64,000 nucleotides of DNA from the NCBI RefSeq assembly GCF_006345805.1, contig NC_042998.1:145018001-145082000 (forward strand). Reading direction: 5' to 3'. The number at the start of each line of letters is the position of its first letter. Position 1 is the stretch's first letter. The DNA is from Octopus sinensis. Lineage: Eukaryota. This document shows positions 52,776-64,000 of this stretch, piece after piece. A program made the translations under genes and the position numbers. The notes below the pieces were generated by a model. The model saw nothing but the letters and a program-made list of their open reading frames with translations, was not told the DNA's origin and searched no databases.

Positions 52776-53885
52776 GTGGTGGTGGGGGTGGGGGTGGTGG
52801 GCAAGGGCGGGTGCACCGGGAATATGCGAAGGTTGAGACAACGTGAGAGAGGGAGAGAGAGAGAGATAGAGCAGGGAACAGTGGAACCCCGCGAAAATGG
52901 GCCGCCATTGAAAAAAAACCCCTGTATGGAGAAATAATATGCAATACGAGGCGAAGCTGAAAATAGTAATAATAATAATAATAATAAGCAAACTGTCGAC
53001 CAGGGGATCAAAGGGACAATACTAATACTAATAATAGTAATAATAATAATAAATAAATAATAAACAAAACAGCTCAACCACAACATTAGATTAGAAAGAC
53101 TCTTATCTTGGGAACATTTCGTTCTTCGGCCTGACACGGGAATATGCGAAGGTTGAACTGACGGGCTGGCTTAAAAAATGCTCTTAGCAATGGAAGGGGG
53201 GAATGGCAGACAACGTGAGAGAGGGAGAGAGAGAGAGATAGAGAAGGGAACAGTGGAACCCATATATATATATATATATATATATATCATCATCATCATC
53301 ATCATTATCATTAACATCTATTTTCCATGCTGGCATGGGCTCGCTATGTGTTGTGTTCTTGAGCAAGACACTTTATTTCATATTGCTCCAGTTCACTATT
53401 CTGTAGAAATGAGTTGCGACATCACTGGTGCATAGCTGTATGATTTTATATAGTCATAATTCAGCCATGAAATGCATGTAGTCAATGTACAAGTACTTAC
53501 TTTTATACATTATATTATTGCATTCATTTTTATTGTACAAAATATACTTTATTTGATTTTAGATTAATATTTTTATGATGGATGTTTCTTCATATGTTAT
53601 TCGCTGTGATTTTACAAGTATTTGCTCTTATATATTATATCATTGTAATAATCTTACTGTTCAATATTATATATTATTTAAATTTTAGATTAGTATTTTG
53701 TATGTTATATGTTTCACTGCATGGTTTTGGACGGGTTCTTCATTGACTGAGTTGTGAAATGGTGGTTCGTCTCTAAATTAGTTATATACATATATTATAT
53801 ATTATATATAACGAAATTCGGTCTAATATTATTATAGTGAATTTTACCTGTAAGGTTGGAATAATAATTTATTCCCTAATATTAT

Positions 53886-53931
<46 letters not shown>

Positions 53932-54182
53932 TGTATGTATGTATGTGTGTGTGTGTGTTTGTCCCTCCCAACATTGCTTGACAAATGATGTTGGTGTGTT
54001 TACATCCCTGTAGCTTAGCGATTCAGCAGAAGAGACTGATAGAATAAGAGCTAGGTTTACAAAGAATAAGTCCTGGGGTCAATTTGCTTGACTAAAGGCA
54101 GTGCTCCAGCATGGCTGCAGTCAAATGACTGAAACAAATAAAAGAATATATATATATGTATATATATATACATACGCACATA

Positions 54183-54474
54183 CAGTGGCAAACTGGGTCT
54201 AAAAATATTGGTTGCCAGGAGACTAAGGGGGCCCACATGCAACTACAATGCTATCATTTAATTTTTTTTTTGATAAAAGTACTCTTTTCAACTGTCTACA
54301 AACACAGCCAAGCACCTAAATAATTAATGTATTCTTCCAGGAGTGAATAAAAAGTTCTCAAGTTAGAGGGGATGGGCCCCTTAGATATTAACATGAGCCT
54401 CTGTATATGAATTCTAATGGCGCAGGGGCCCACTTGCCATCGAGCAAGCTGGCAACCTGGCCAATCCACCACTG
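54183..54474. mobile_element. hAT-type MITE
   Basis: CAGTGGCAAACTGG...CCAATCCACCACTG termini with an 8-bp TSD (CGCACATA/CACACATA). Confidence 0.65.
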
Positions 54475-55923
54475 CACACATACACACACACACACATATA
54501 TGTGTGTGCATGTGTTTTAAAGACCAGATTTCCATTGAGGTAAGGATAAGTCTACCTCAAGCCTACAGGTACATGAAAATGGAGTGTATCTGGTTTTTTG
54601 AGATGCATGATGCAAAACTCTCCCCACCTGAGACATTGTTACTTTCTCACTGGATTAAATCCTGCATGTTGCTGATACTCATTTTCAAGTGAGCAGACTG
54701 GAACAACATAAAGTAAAGCACCTTGCTCAAAGAAACAACACACTACTTGCTCCAAGAATTGACTCCCCAATCTCAAAATTGTGAACACAGCATCCCAAAC
54801 CACTAGGTCATGAGCCTTCTCTAATGTCTCAAGGTCCATTTAGCCTGGAGCTTATTTTGGTTTCTGTGGGGGTAAACATCTGTAAAATACAAGACTCACC
54901 CTTGGATTACTCTACAGAATAAAAGTAGACTGGAACGATGTAAAATAATGTGCTTTGCTTGAGGAATCAAAAACCTCTATTTTATGTGAGCTCAGCAGGC
55001 CAACAACTTACCCATCTACTAACTGCAAATACCAATGATATAGAAATAATTATATTTCTATTTTTGAAAACCAGTGGATGTATTCCACTGAATTTAGGTA
55101 AATAATCCTTCGAACAGATGGTCAGTAGCGACGCCTGCTCTGCATTGATAAGGGGCAAATACCTTGAAACTAGTCTGCAGATGCCTGACCAGCCTGGGGA
55201 AGCGGCTGACCTCCCCTGTTCAAAGGTTGTAATGGACACAGGCTTGTGTGTCACATAGCTTGCCAGAGGCGATGGCCTCTTGGAGCTAATCAACAGCAGC
55301 ATTTGTCCTATCTTTCTGGACTGCTATATTAGCTTGGCGATAACTATTAACCAATGAAATATTTTTACATAAAAAAAGTACAACAGGTATAAATCCTCTA
55401 CCCATTATCAATTTTTAGCTTATAAAATTGTTTGTAGATTCTGAATCTGATGTTCAAACATCTGAAGATCCAAAAGTCTCTCCATTTTCAGAAGCATAAT
55501 AATAATAATAATAATAATAATCCTTTCTATGATAAGCACAAGGCGTGAAATTTGTGGGGAGAGGGTAAGTCGATGACATTGACCCCAGTACTTGACTAGT
55601 ACTTAATTTGTTGACCCCGAAACGATGAAAGGCAAAGTCAACCTTGGTGGAATTTGAACTCAGAACATAGCAGCTGGTGAAATACCGGTAAGCATTTCAT
55701 CCAGTGTGCTAACGATTCTGCCATTTCAACTTATAATAATAATAATAATAATAATAATTTCTACTATGTGCATATGGCCTGATATTTTGGGAAAAGGTGC
55801 TACTCAATGTGATCAAGCCTTGTGGTTAACTGTTACTAATCTTATCGACCCCAATGAACTGCTGGTACTTATTTTATTGTCCCCAAAAGGATGGAAAGCA
55901 AAGTCGACATGGGTGAAATTTGA

Positions 55924-56136
55924 ACTCTTTACTCTTTTACTTGTTTCAGTCATTTGACTGCGGCCATGCTGGAGCACCGTCTTTAATCGAGCAACTTGAC
56001 CCCGGGACTTATTCTTTGTAAGCCCAGTACTTATTCTATTGGTCTCTTTTGCTGAACCACTAAGTGACGGCGACATAAACACACCAGCATCGGTTGTCAA
56101 GCAATGCTAGGGGGACAAACACAGACACACAAACAT

Positions 56137-56186
<50 letters not shown>

Positions 56187-56348
56187 GACGGGCTTCTTTC
56201 AGTTTCCGTCAACCAAATCCACTCACAAGTGTCTGGTCGGCCGGAGGCTATAGTAGAAGACACTTGCCCAAGATGCTACGCAGTGGGACTGAACCCGGAA
56301 CCATGTGGTTGGTAAGCAAGCTACATACCACACAGCCACTCCTGCGCC
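55924..56348 (-). mobile_element. Young copy of the microsatellite-bearing SINE
   Basis: Head GGCGCAGGAGTGGCTGTGTGG...CCGGGTTCAGTCCC, internal (TA)n(TG)n, CpGs retained. Confidence 0.88.
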
Positions 56349-56438
56349 ATATTTTAAAGACAGATGAAATGCTGCTAAGCCGTTTGCCTGGCTTTCTAAC
56401 AATTTTATCTGTTATCTGCCTTAGGCATAAGAATAATT

Positions 56439-57131
56439 GGTACTTTTTGGTTATCTCACACCCATTAAAAAGTTGGGTTATCTCCCCCCGTTTTATGAAA
56501 AATATCAGCACTTTTTGTTATCTCCCCTAACTAAAAAAAATTGTTTAACCCTCAATAAAACAAAGGAAAAAATTAATAAACACGAAAACAGAATAAAATA
56601 AAAAGGAAAACTGAAAAGTTTAAAACATCTCATTGAATCTAATAACATTTTTATAACAAATCATGGCATGCCTATTGAGGAGGCCAAATGTCAACAATGT
56701 GTTGAAGTATTGAATCAAAAGGATCTAAACCATAGGTTCTCAAAGTGGGCGCTACCGCCCTCCGGTCGAAGTTGAGACAGTCCAGGTGGGTGCTGGTGTC
56801 TAGGGGGTGGTAGGGAAAAAGGATGCGTTGGGAGGAAGGTAGTGGATTGGGGGACGCTATGAATTTATTATAATATTATTATAGTATTGTATACAAATTA
56901 TATAATATTATATTAAATGTCAAATGATTCATAGTACGTAAAAATTAGTAAAATATTAAATATTTATTTAAACATAAAAATAGGGGTGGGAGCACTGTGG
57001 GTATTATGTGGCTATGAGGGGGGCAGTGGCCCAAAAAGTTTGGGAACCTCTGATCTAAACCACTCTAATCCAATCTCTTGTCCCCACATAAACTCAACTT
57101 TTTAGTGGGGGTGAGATAACTAAAAAGTACC
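56439..57131. mobile_element. MITE with ~40-bp TIRs and GG...CC ends (Merlin-like)
   Basis: GGTACTTTTTGGTTATCTCAC...GTGAGATAACTAAAAAGTACC with an 8-bp TSD (GAATAATT/AAATAATT). Confidence 0.7.
56731..57052. mobile_element. hAT-type MITE nested in the previous element
   Basis: CATAGGTTCTCAAAGT...AGTTTGGGAACCTCTG with a perfect 8-bp TSD ATCTAAAC. Confidence 0.85.
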
Positions 57132-57299
57132 AAATAATTAAAATAGCTTCAGATTTTGGCACAATGTCAGCAATTTAGAGGAGGGGCAAGTCGATTACAT
57201 CGAAACTTCAGTACTTATAATTATAATAATAATGATGGTTATTTCAAATTTTGGCGCAAGGCCAGCAGTTTCGCGTTACGAAGTTAGTTGATTACATCG

Positions 57300-58064
57300 A
57301 CCCCGAAAAGATGAAAGGCAAAGCCGACCTCGGCAGAATTTAAACTCAGAATAATATACCGAGGTTAAAATGCCTTTGCTAAAACTAGTGCCATCTTAAT
57401 TGATCTTCGTTTTCTGCACGTTACATTATATACTTGAAGTATACTGTGAACTATGACGGGCTAGCTTAGAAAAGTTGGCTTTCACGGAATGAACTCAATG
57501 GATTTTCTTATTAAAACGACTACCCATTTTTTTTTTATCGTTTTACAATAAATATTTGTTTTTTAAATATCATATATAGCTTATCTTATAGGAATAAATA
57601 AATAAATAAATAAAAATAAACGAGTCATTTAGTTGATTAAGTTAACATCAGTGTACAAAGTTTCTTTGAAAAGACTTTGATGATGTCCATTCCGGATTTT
57701 ATATATTACCCATAATTCGCGCTCAAACATTTAAACAAAACAAAATTGCGGGCATTTCACTTTTCGCTGTCGCCTTCAACGTACGTAAGTTTCCTCAAAT
57801 ACTTGTAACACTTTTTTCGTTAGAAACTTGATGTATGTTAAAATACTAATTGACTTTTTAAAGGGAGTATATAGTTTCTTTTTTAAATATAAATTAATTA
57901 TTGCTTTTCAGATTTTATTAATTTCCCAGCAAAAATTAACACTTTGACGTCGCAGTACGTGTCATTTCCCTTAACTCTAGATGATTAAGACTTTTTGTAT
58001 ACGATATATTTACACAAATTTTACGATCAATGAATATAGGAAACCAATTATAATTATATAAATC

Positions 58065-58099
<35 letters not shown>

Positions 58100-59450
58100 A
58101 TAATCTTTGATACGTTCACTTAATCTCAATATATAACATCTACACGGTAATGAATTGGTATATTTACTTTCGCTGTAATAGTGTTAATAATCAACCAAAT
58201 TTTTTGTTAATATTTTCTTTTACGTTTTCAATTACTAAGTCAACTTGGTACAATTTATTAAATTTCACAGTTGAGGCGTTGTAATATCGTCCACTATGAA
58301 ATGTTTTGAATGAATTTTCACTCGGAGAAACCAATAACTAGAGTCTGTTCATAGGTGGGTTAGGCAGAAGAAAGTTTGTAGTTTCGGCGATTTAAAAGGT
58401 TACCTCGTGTTCGCCTTCTGTGTTTGGCCCCAGGTTAATTCTGGTTAAGCAGACCTCTAATGATCAGTTTGTTTCCGAGCGTGACCATCCCATCTTTTCA
58501 ATCCAATGTATCTTTTACTTGTTCTGTGTACCATATGTGACTCGCAGGACATATTTTCTTGGCATCCTTGCACCGATCATATGATACATGTTTTTTTGTC
58601 AACCATCATGGTAACTTGAGACTTGTGAAAGGAAACTTTTGTGTTATTATAACGTATGAAAGAAGGATTAAATTATAAGTGAAAACAAGAATGAAATTTG
58701 GCCCGATCAACTTCAGAAAGAATTCCGATTTGACTGCTATTTCTAGCATCGAACATCATGTCAAAAGTCTAGAACGGAATTTTGGAATAACTATCCTTTG
58801 AAGTCCCATACCTCATGAGAAAGGAAAGGTTCCTCACCCCTAAATATTCTTGTATAGATACCACGGAAATTACGAATCAGAAAATAATTTTTTACCGAAA
58901 ATTTCATTTTACATTGTATCCCTCCCTCTTTTGTACCTTTTCTTTTCCCCTGAGGGCTTCGGCGAAGGCAAAGAACACGCACACCACTCGTTTTCGCCAG
59001 TTAGGTTTAGGGTTACGCCAAAAACTAGTGGTGTACGCTTTCTTTACCTCCAAGTGGCACGATTCAAACAACTATCCATCGAACCAACGCGGGACCGTCG
59101 TCTCAACGTACTAGATGTAGCAGCCAAATCTCCTTCGACTCGCACTCTCCTGTTAAAAAAAAAAAAAAGAAAACAAAAAACGGAAGGACGCAATAATTAA
59201 TAATCGGACAAAATTTCGCAGCCACAATTCCTCTCATGGTTAAAACTTACACATCCAAAGAAGTTTTGGTATTTAGTGCCCTAGGTAATTTCCAACTTTA
59301 TTTTATAGGAAAGCCTATAAATATAAAAGCACTGTTTCGTTTCTAAAGCGTTTTGACCATTTTGTCTTGTCGCTTAGAGCCGACTTGGAAATACGTTCGC
59401 TTAGAGCCGACTTGGAAATACGTAACAGGATTTTATGAGAGCAATCTTTC
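57300..59450. promoter_or_regulatory. CpG-retaining, mostly single-copy, promoter-like region
   Basis: Visibly more CG dinucleotides than the flanks. Donor-like sites on + at 57785 (GTAAGT) and 59285 (GTAATT). Confidence 0.35.
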
Positions 59451-59929
59451 ATTTTCGACAATAATAAAATGAAAGTGAACTATTTCGTTGAAAACATATT
59501 GAAACCACTGTCATGGGAGGGTCACACTCACTGTAGAATCACTAGAGCTTCAGAAAAATTGCCATATGGTATTGCGCTATTTCTTTTGGTTCCGAGTTCA
59601 AATCCCGCTGAAGTTAACATTGCCTTTCATTCCTCCGGGATCATTACAATAAAGTACTAGCCAAGCACTGTGGTCAGTTGTATTGACTAACTCCCTATTT
59701 TCAAAATTGTTGGTTTTGTCCTTAATTTGAATACAGTTATTAGTCAACGAGTTAACCTATTAATTAATCAATTGCTTGGATCGAGCTGATTTGGAGACAA
59801 TGCAGACTTTGGACATTGATGAAGTCGTTTGTGGAGAGTAATGAAAAGATTCTGACAGAGCAACTGATTGATTGAATGACAGAACAATTAATCAATCGAT
59901 TAGCTAACTAATGGTGAAGAAATGGAATA

Positions 59930-61520
59930 GAACCTGTCTGTGTATTTCTTACTGGCAAAATGACCCCTTCAAGACCTCTGAAAGAGGTTCCAACATCTCT
60001 GTCGATGCCACTCCATCAAATACATAAGCCTTACAAAGAGAGCCAGTGAAGAACAACTTTTGTGTATTGTTTTTATTAGGCTTGACTATATAGTAGCTCT
60101 TTCTAAATGTCTGGCGATTCACTAAAGGCATTGGCTCATCACAGCACACTGCTGAAATATTAATTAATCCTAACGATGCAAGAAACTTAATGGTATCTAT
60201 CACAATATCCCTTAGGAAGTAATTCCTTTTAATTAGATCATCAATGTTAATTATAATTATGTCCTCTCCTATGATTCTCAGAGGCATTTCTCACCTGAAA
60301 AGTTCCGCTTTCGAGACTTACAGTTTAAGAGAGAGACAAGAAAAATTAGCTTCATTTTATTTCTGAGTTTCAGCCACTGGCAAATGACAATTTTGTTCTT
60401 TCATTTTCTGGATAATTAAAATGAATGATAACCTTGATGAAGGTTCTTCTACTTTGTTAGTGAACCTGCAAGATATAAATAGCTAAATTTCTTTCTTTGT
60501 ACTCTATCAACTCAGATAAGGTTATGCTGGAGATGTGACCTGGTGTTGCCTGCACATTTCAAAAAGACGGGATGTTTACACTACCCTAAAATACTTTTGA
60601 TCAGAGCTGACCGGAGATTAAATGACAACCAAATTACAAGTCAGTTTCCGATGCTCACAAGTTCTTTTAAAAATTTTTTAACTGCAGGTTATCCCTTGTT
60701 AAGTAATTTTCTTAAAATTGCATATTTTTTAAATAAAACTTTCCAGAGATGCAGTTTAGTGCAGGGGTCAGCGAACTTCTTATATTGTTGACCCCTGTCA
60801 TGGAATCGGACATGTTAGTACCCTTGTCTTGATATCGTTTGATGGCTGTAAATGAGTGTCACTGTCATACAAACAGTGTCATTTCCAGTATTCAATGAAA
60901 ATATATCTGGCAGTGGGGAAATATTACCTTGTTCCTATTGTATTAAAGCCATGGAAAAATATGCTTTAATAAACTTTGTCTGACACATGCAAGCACTAGC
61001 TGACATACCCAGTAATTCCTGGAAAGCGTAGCTTATCCCTTGGTTCTGTTCTCATAATTGTTTCACTAATCCAACAACAACAATACAAAGTATGTAGCCC
61101 TTAAAACAGTTTTTGTGCATTTGCAGAGAATACCGAACTGTCTTACACAGGATCTTGTTTTCAGGAAATCCCAATAAGTTATGAATACCTAAATTGTAAA
61201 GTCAGTTATGTAATAACATGAAATTAGTTACCTGATAGTAAGAATTCAAATAAAGTAGCCTCAAAAAGGGCTTTAATGCATTCCCAGAGTATATAGAACT
61301 TAGGAGAAAATACTAATAAGGTATGTATGCTAAAATCATGCAGCATGTTACATAATAACAGGCTAATCAGATATGAGATAATAACAATTCAAAGTAAATA
61401 ACGCTGAAAAGGGCTTTGTGCATTTTTAGAGGATATTGCCCTCAGTGGTGCTAGTGTTGGTTTATTCATGAATAAGTCACAAGCCAATATAAGTGGATCT
61501 ATTGTTTAGGAAAATACTAT
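59930..61520 (+). pseudogene. Possible decayed leucine-rich-repeat coding sequence
   Basis: Scattered across frames: TCLC..LKEVPTSL (LRRNT-like), KSSAFE, MNDN..DEGS..LVNLQDI, LNDNQITS, DIPSNSW, KTVFVHLQ, AEKGFVH. A diverged ~150-bp repeat lies at about 60930-61520. There are many stops and frameshifts. Confidence 0.35.
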
Positions 61521-62360
61521 TTACTTGTGTAAGGGTTGTACTGGATAAATTGCGAAAATAACTCTTGCTCTTGTCCACTCAGCTGGTGAAAATGAGTTGT
61601 AGCTGTAATTGAAAGGGGCCTGCCATGTCATATTCTGTGTGAGGCTGAATCTCTCTGAGAACTAGGTTAATGGTATGCATGTCTGTGGAGTACTCAGCCA
61701 CTTGCGAGTTAATTTTTTCCTCATGTTGTAATAAAAACTGAAAGTGACATCCAATATTTGCTGTAGTTATTTCTCTTTGATTTAACAATGTCTATGTATC
61801 AACTTTTCTTTCGATCTACGTATCTACTGTCTCTTTCACTTCCATTGTGTCCCTTGTTTCTCTTGTTTTTAATTTAACAGTATATGCATGTATGTATGTA
61901 TCTACTTTTCTTGCAATGTGATAAACATTTAAAAACAAAACAAATGCCCTCTCTCTTTCTTTCCTGCTTCCTCTCTGTCCTCCTCATTCGCTTTGCCACT
62001 CACTTCTTCCTTTGAAGTAAGTGTGACACCACAGATATGTACAAAAAAAAACAACAAAAAATTAAGTGTATTAATATTATTGATTGAAGTAACTTTGTCA
62101 TTATTAAGTTAGCATAGACCAACATAGAATTTTGGAACATAAATTAACGTCAAATTTTGATTGAAGGTTTTTATTTGATCACCATAAAACAGGAATTTGT
62201 GTCATTAGACCCAGGGTCAGTATTCATGTGGATTGGGACCAAAAATGTTATTCACTAGAGCTGAGCTACTGTTGTTTTTATTTCCTGTGTTTTATTGAAA
62301 CAGTAGTGAGGTCGCCATGTAACACATTCAACACAAAACAAAGAAAATGTCTCCCCACAG

Positions 62361-62439
62361 TGACTGTTGTGGTAAAGAAGGTGGTTGTTTTATGTCAGGT
62401 GGTGAAAGGGACAGGCACAGGTGTCTTGTACAGTATTAT
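62361..62439 (+). CDS. Candidate internal exon of an unidentified host gene
   Basis: TCTCCCCACAG acceptor and GTAAGT donor around 79 bp of GC-richer unique sequence. Open frame DCCGKEGGCFMSGGERDRHRCLVQYY. Confidence 0.4.
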
Positions 62440-63094
62440 GTAAGTGAGGATTTACAGTTGCATATTTCCACATTTCTTTGAGTGTCCTCAAATGATTTTA
62501 TTGATGAGTAAATGATTGGTTTAATTTAGGTTTACAATTTTAAGAATATAATTCAATCAATGTTAATGATATTCATCTAAATAACTTTATAAATCATCTG
62601 TCGCTGGTCCCTTGATCCTTTCTGTTGATACTTTTATAATTTTTTTGTTTCTTGTACTAAAAAAAAATCAAATAATGATTAAATTGATTGTCGTTTATGA
62701 TAGCATAAAAATATTTGAACTGTATGCTATAAAAATCTTTTTTAAAAAAGTAATTTTTTTTTTGATCAATAAAATAAATTGTAATTAAATATAATTGATT
62801 GCTTTAGGTTTCTGAACAGTATACTTAAAAAAAAAAAGAAAGATATTTATCATCTGTTAATAAAATACAATTAATTAAAATAAATGATGTAAATTTATTA
62901 GAAAGTTGTAAGATCTTGTGCCCATGAAAGTTAACCATTCCTTTTTTGCCCTTCAATTGCAACTATTAAGATTTTTTGTGACTGTACAATATGAAAGTTG
63001 ATAGACAATGAATACTTTTTAAGAAGCTAACTGGAGATTGAATGATCTAATTGTATTTCTGAAGTGATGGTTTATAAATCCATTGTTAATTTAA

Positions 63095-63140
63095 CCTTTT
63101 GTTACCAGAGTTTGTCTCAGGCAGTTTGGTATCAAAAGGG
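63095..63140. mobile_element. Tiny piggyBac-like MITE remnant
   Basis: TTAA-CCTTTTGTTACC...GGTATCAAAAGGG-TTTA. Confidence 0.45.
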
Positions 63141-63534
63141 TTTAAAAATAAACATTTGCTGAGATGAATTGATGTAATATGACCAAGTGTGTCTACAATG
63201 GATCTGGTTGGTTATGTTTGTTCAGTTAAAACTGTTCACTTTATCTTTGGTCAAGAATTTATTATAATGTGAGTGGATTTGGAAGACAAAAAGTGAAGGC
63301 CATTGTATGTGTGTGTTTGTTTCCCTGCCCTCCATACACACTTGCAACCCCCTACTCACTCACATGCCCCATGTACTTTGATGGGTTGAGACTGGTGAGG
63401 GTGAAGCTGGTAAGAGATAAGAATAGTGGTGATGAGCTGTCAGGGTAGACCCTCTAAGAAATTTTTTCATTATTAAATTGGTGTTTAGAACATAAATGAA
63501 CATGGAATTTGATCATCACTGTCTGGAAAATTTT

Positions 63535-64000
63535 TAACCTACACATGCCATCCATCTCTGTCTTACAGTAATTAAGGGAGGTCTTCAAGGAGGCATCCTG
63601 TGTCTCTGGTGAATGATCTACATATGTTGTGCTCGAATGACCTGTTCGAGTATGGCTATGCTTTGGCAGCCATAGCAGTAGGTCACTTGCCAGCTCTTGT
63701 TTAGCTAGCTAGTAGTGTCTCACAAAGTGCAAGTGCCTTTCCCTTACAGTAGTGGAAACAGGCAGGTCTCCATACAGCTGCTTCTTGGTAGGATGAGTTC
63801 TCCAAGATTTAAAACTGCTCCTAACATTTGGGTTAAGTTTCATCTAGCTTGGATTCCAGTTTTTTGGTAAGCATCCAGGCAGTTGCTTCATAGAAAAGGA
63901 CTGACTTGACTGTTGTATGGAAAAGTTCCTATTAAGGATGTTTGACAGGGTTGATTTCCAAACAACATCCAGTTTGCATAGGGCTGACCATGCTTTGGTA
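63535..64000 (-). mobile_element. Decayed RTE-clade LINE 3' coding fragment, continuing beyond the window
   Basis: KAWSALCKLDVVWKS...SWRTHPTKKQLYGDLP..VRERHLHF...LASDLLLWLPKH...TYVD, with frameshifts. Confidence 0.8.

Noticed and set aside
54982-55302. 106-aa minus-strand ORF with a GTAAGT donor, frame-compatible with the 59-kb segment
   Set aside because: The acceptor is weak and the peptide unrecognisable; joining it would be speculation.
60762-60797. 36-bp hAT-like mini element (CAGGGGTCA...TGACCCCTG)
   Set aside because: No TSD; kept only as a probable remnant.
61127-61200. Peptide TELSYTGSCFQEIP resembling the N-terminus of LRMDA/C10orf11
   Set aside because: The match is only 14 residues, the downstream sequence does not match, and the segment lies within a decayed tandem repeat; no gene symbol is justified.

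Overview
This is AT-rich, microsatellite-dense eukaryotic DNA, almost entirely intergenic or intronic and built from transposable elements. The repeat families resemble those I recall from octopus-type cephalopod genomes; that is an inference, not a database check. No complete host gene can be named, and most ORFs in the track are translated microsatellites or antisense shadows of elements. Supported content: RTE-clade LINEs (one young copy with an open ORF carrying a PHD finger inside the RT, plus many 5'-truncated 3'UTR copies); a pile of four R4/Dong-type retrotransposon fragments in (TAA)n tracts (13.9-18.8 kb); a head-to-tail trimer of a non-autonomous Helitron (5.7-7.25 kb); a mariner containing a decayed Gypsy element and a SINE (42.2-46.8 kb); a broken Tc1; hAT, Tc2 and Merlin-like MITEs; and several tRNA-derived SINE families. 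The most interesting signal is a set of tandem or inverted non-coding repeats with Penelope-like architecture that carry hammerhead-ribozyme-type motifs. These include a 280-bp fold-back with two opposed minimal hammerheads (8371-8652) and a recurrent two-helix variant (stem I-CUGAUGA-stem II-short linker-stem I') with no GAAA or helix III, seen in two unrelated families. The last 7 kb hold a CpG-rich promoter-like region, a decayed ~150-bp repeat with LRR-like coding traces and one plausible host exon.
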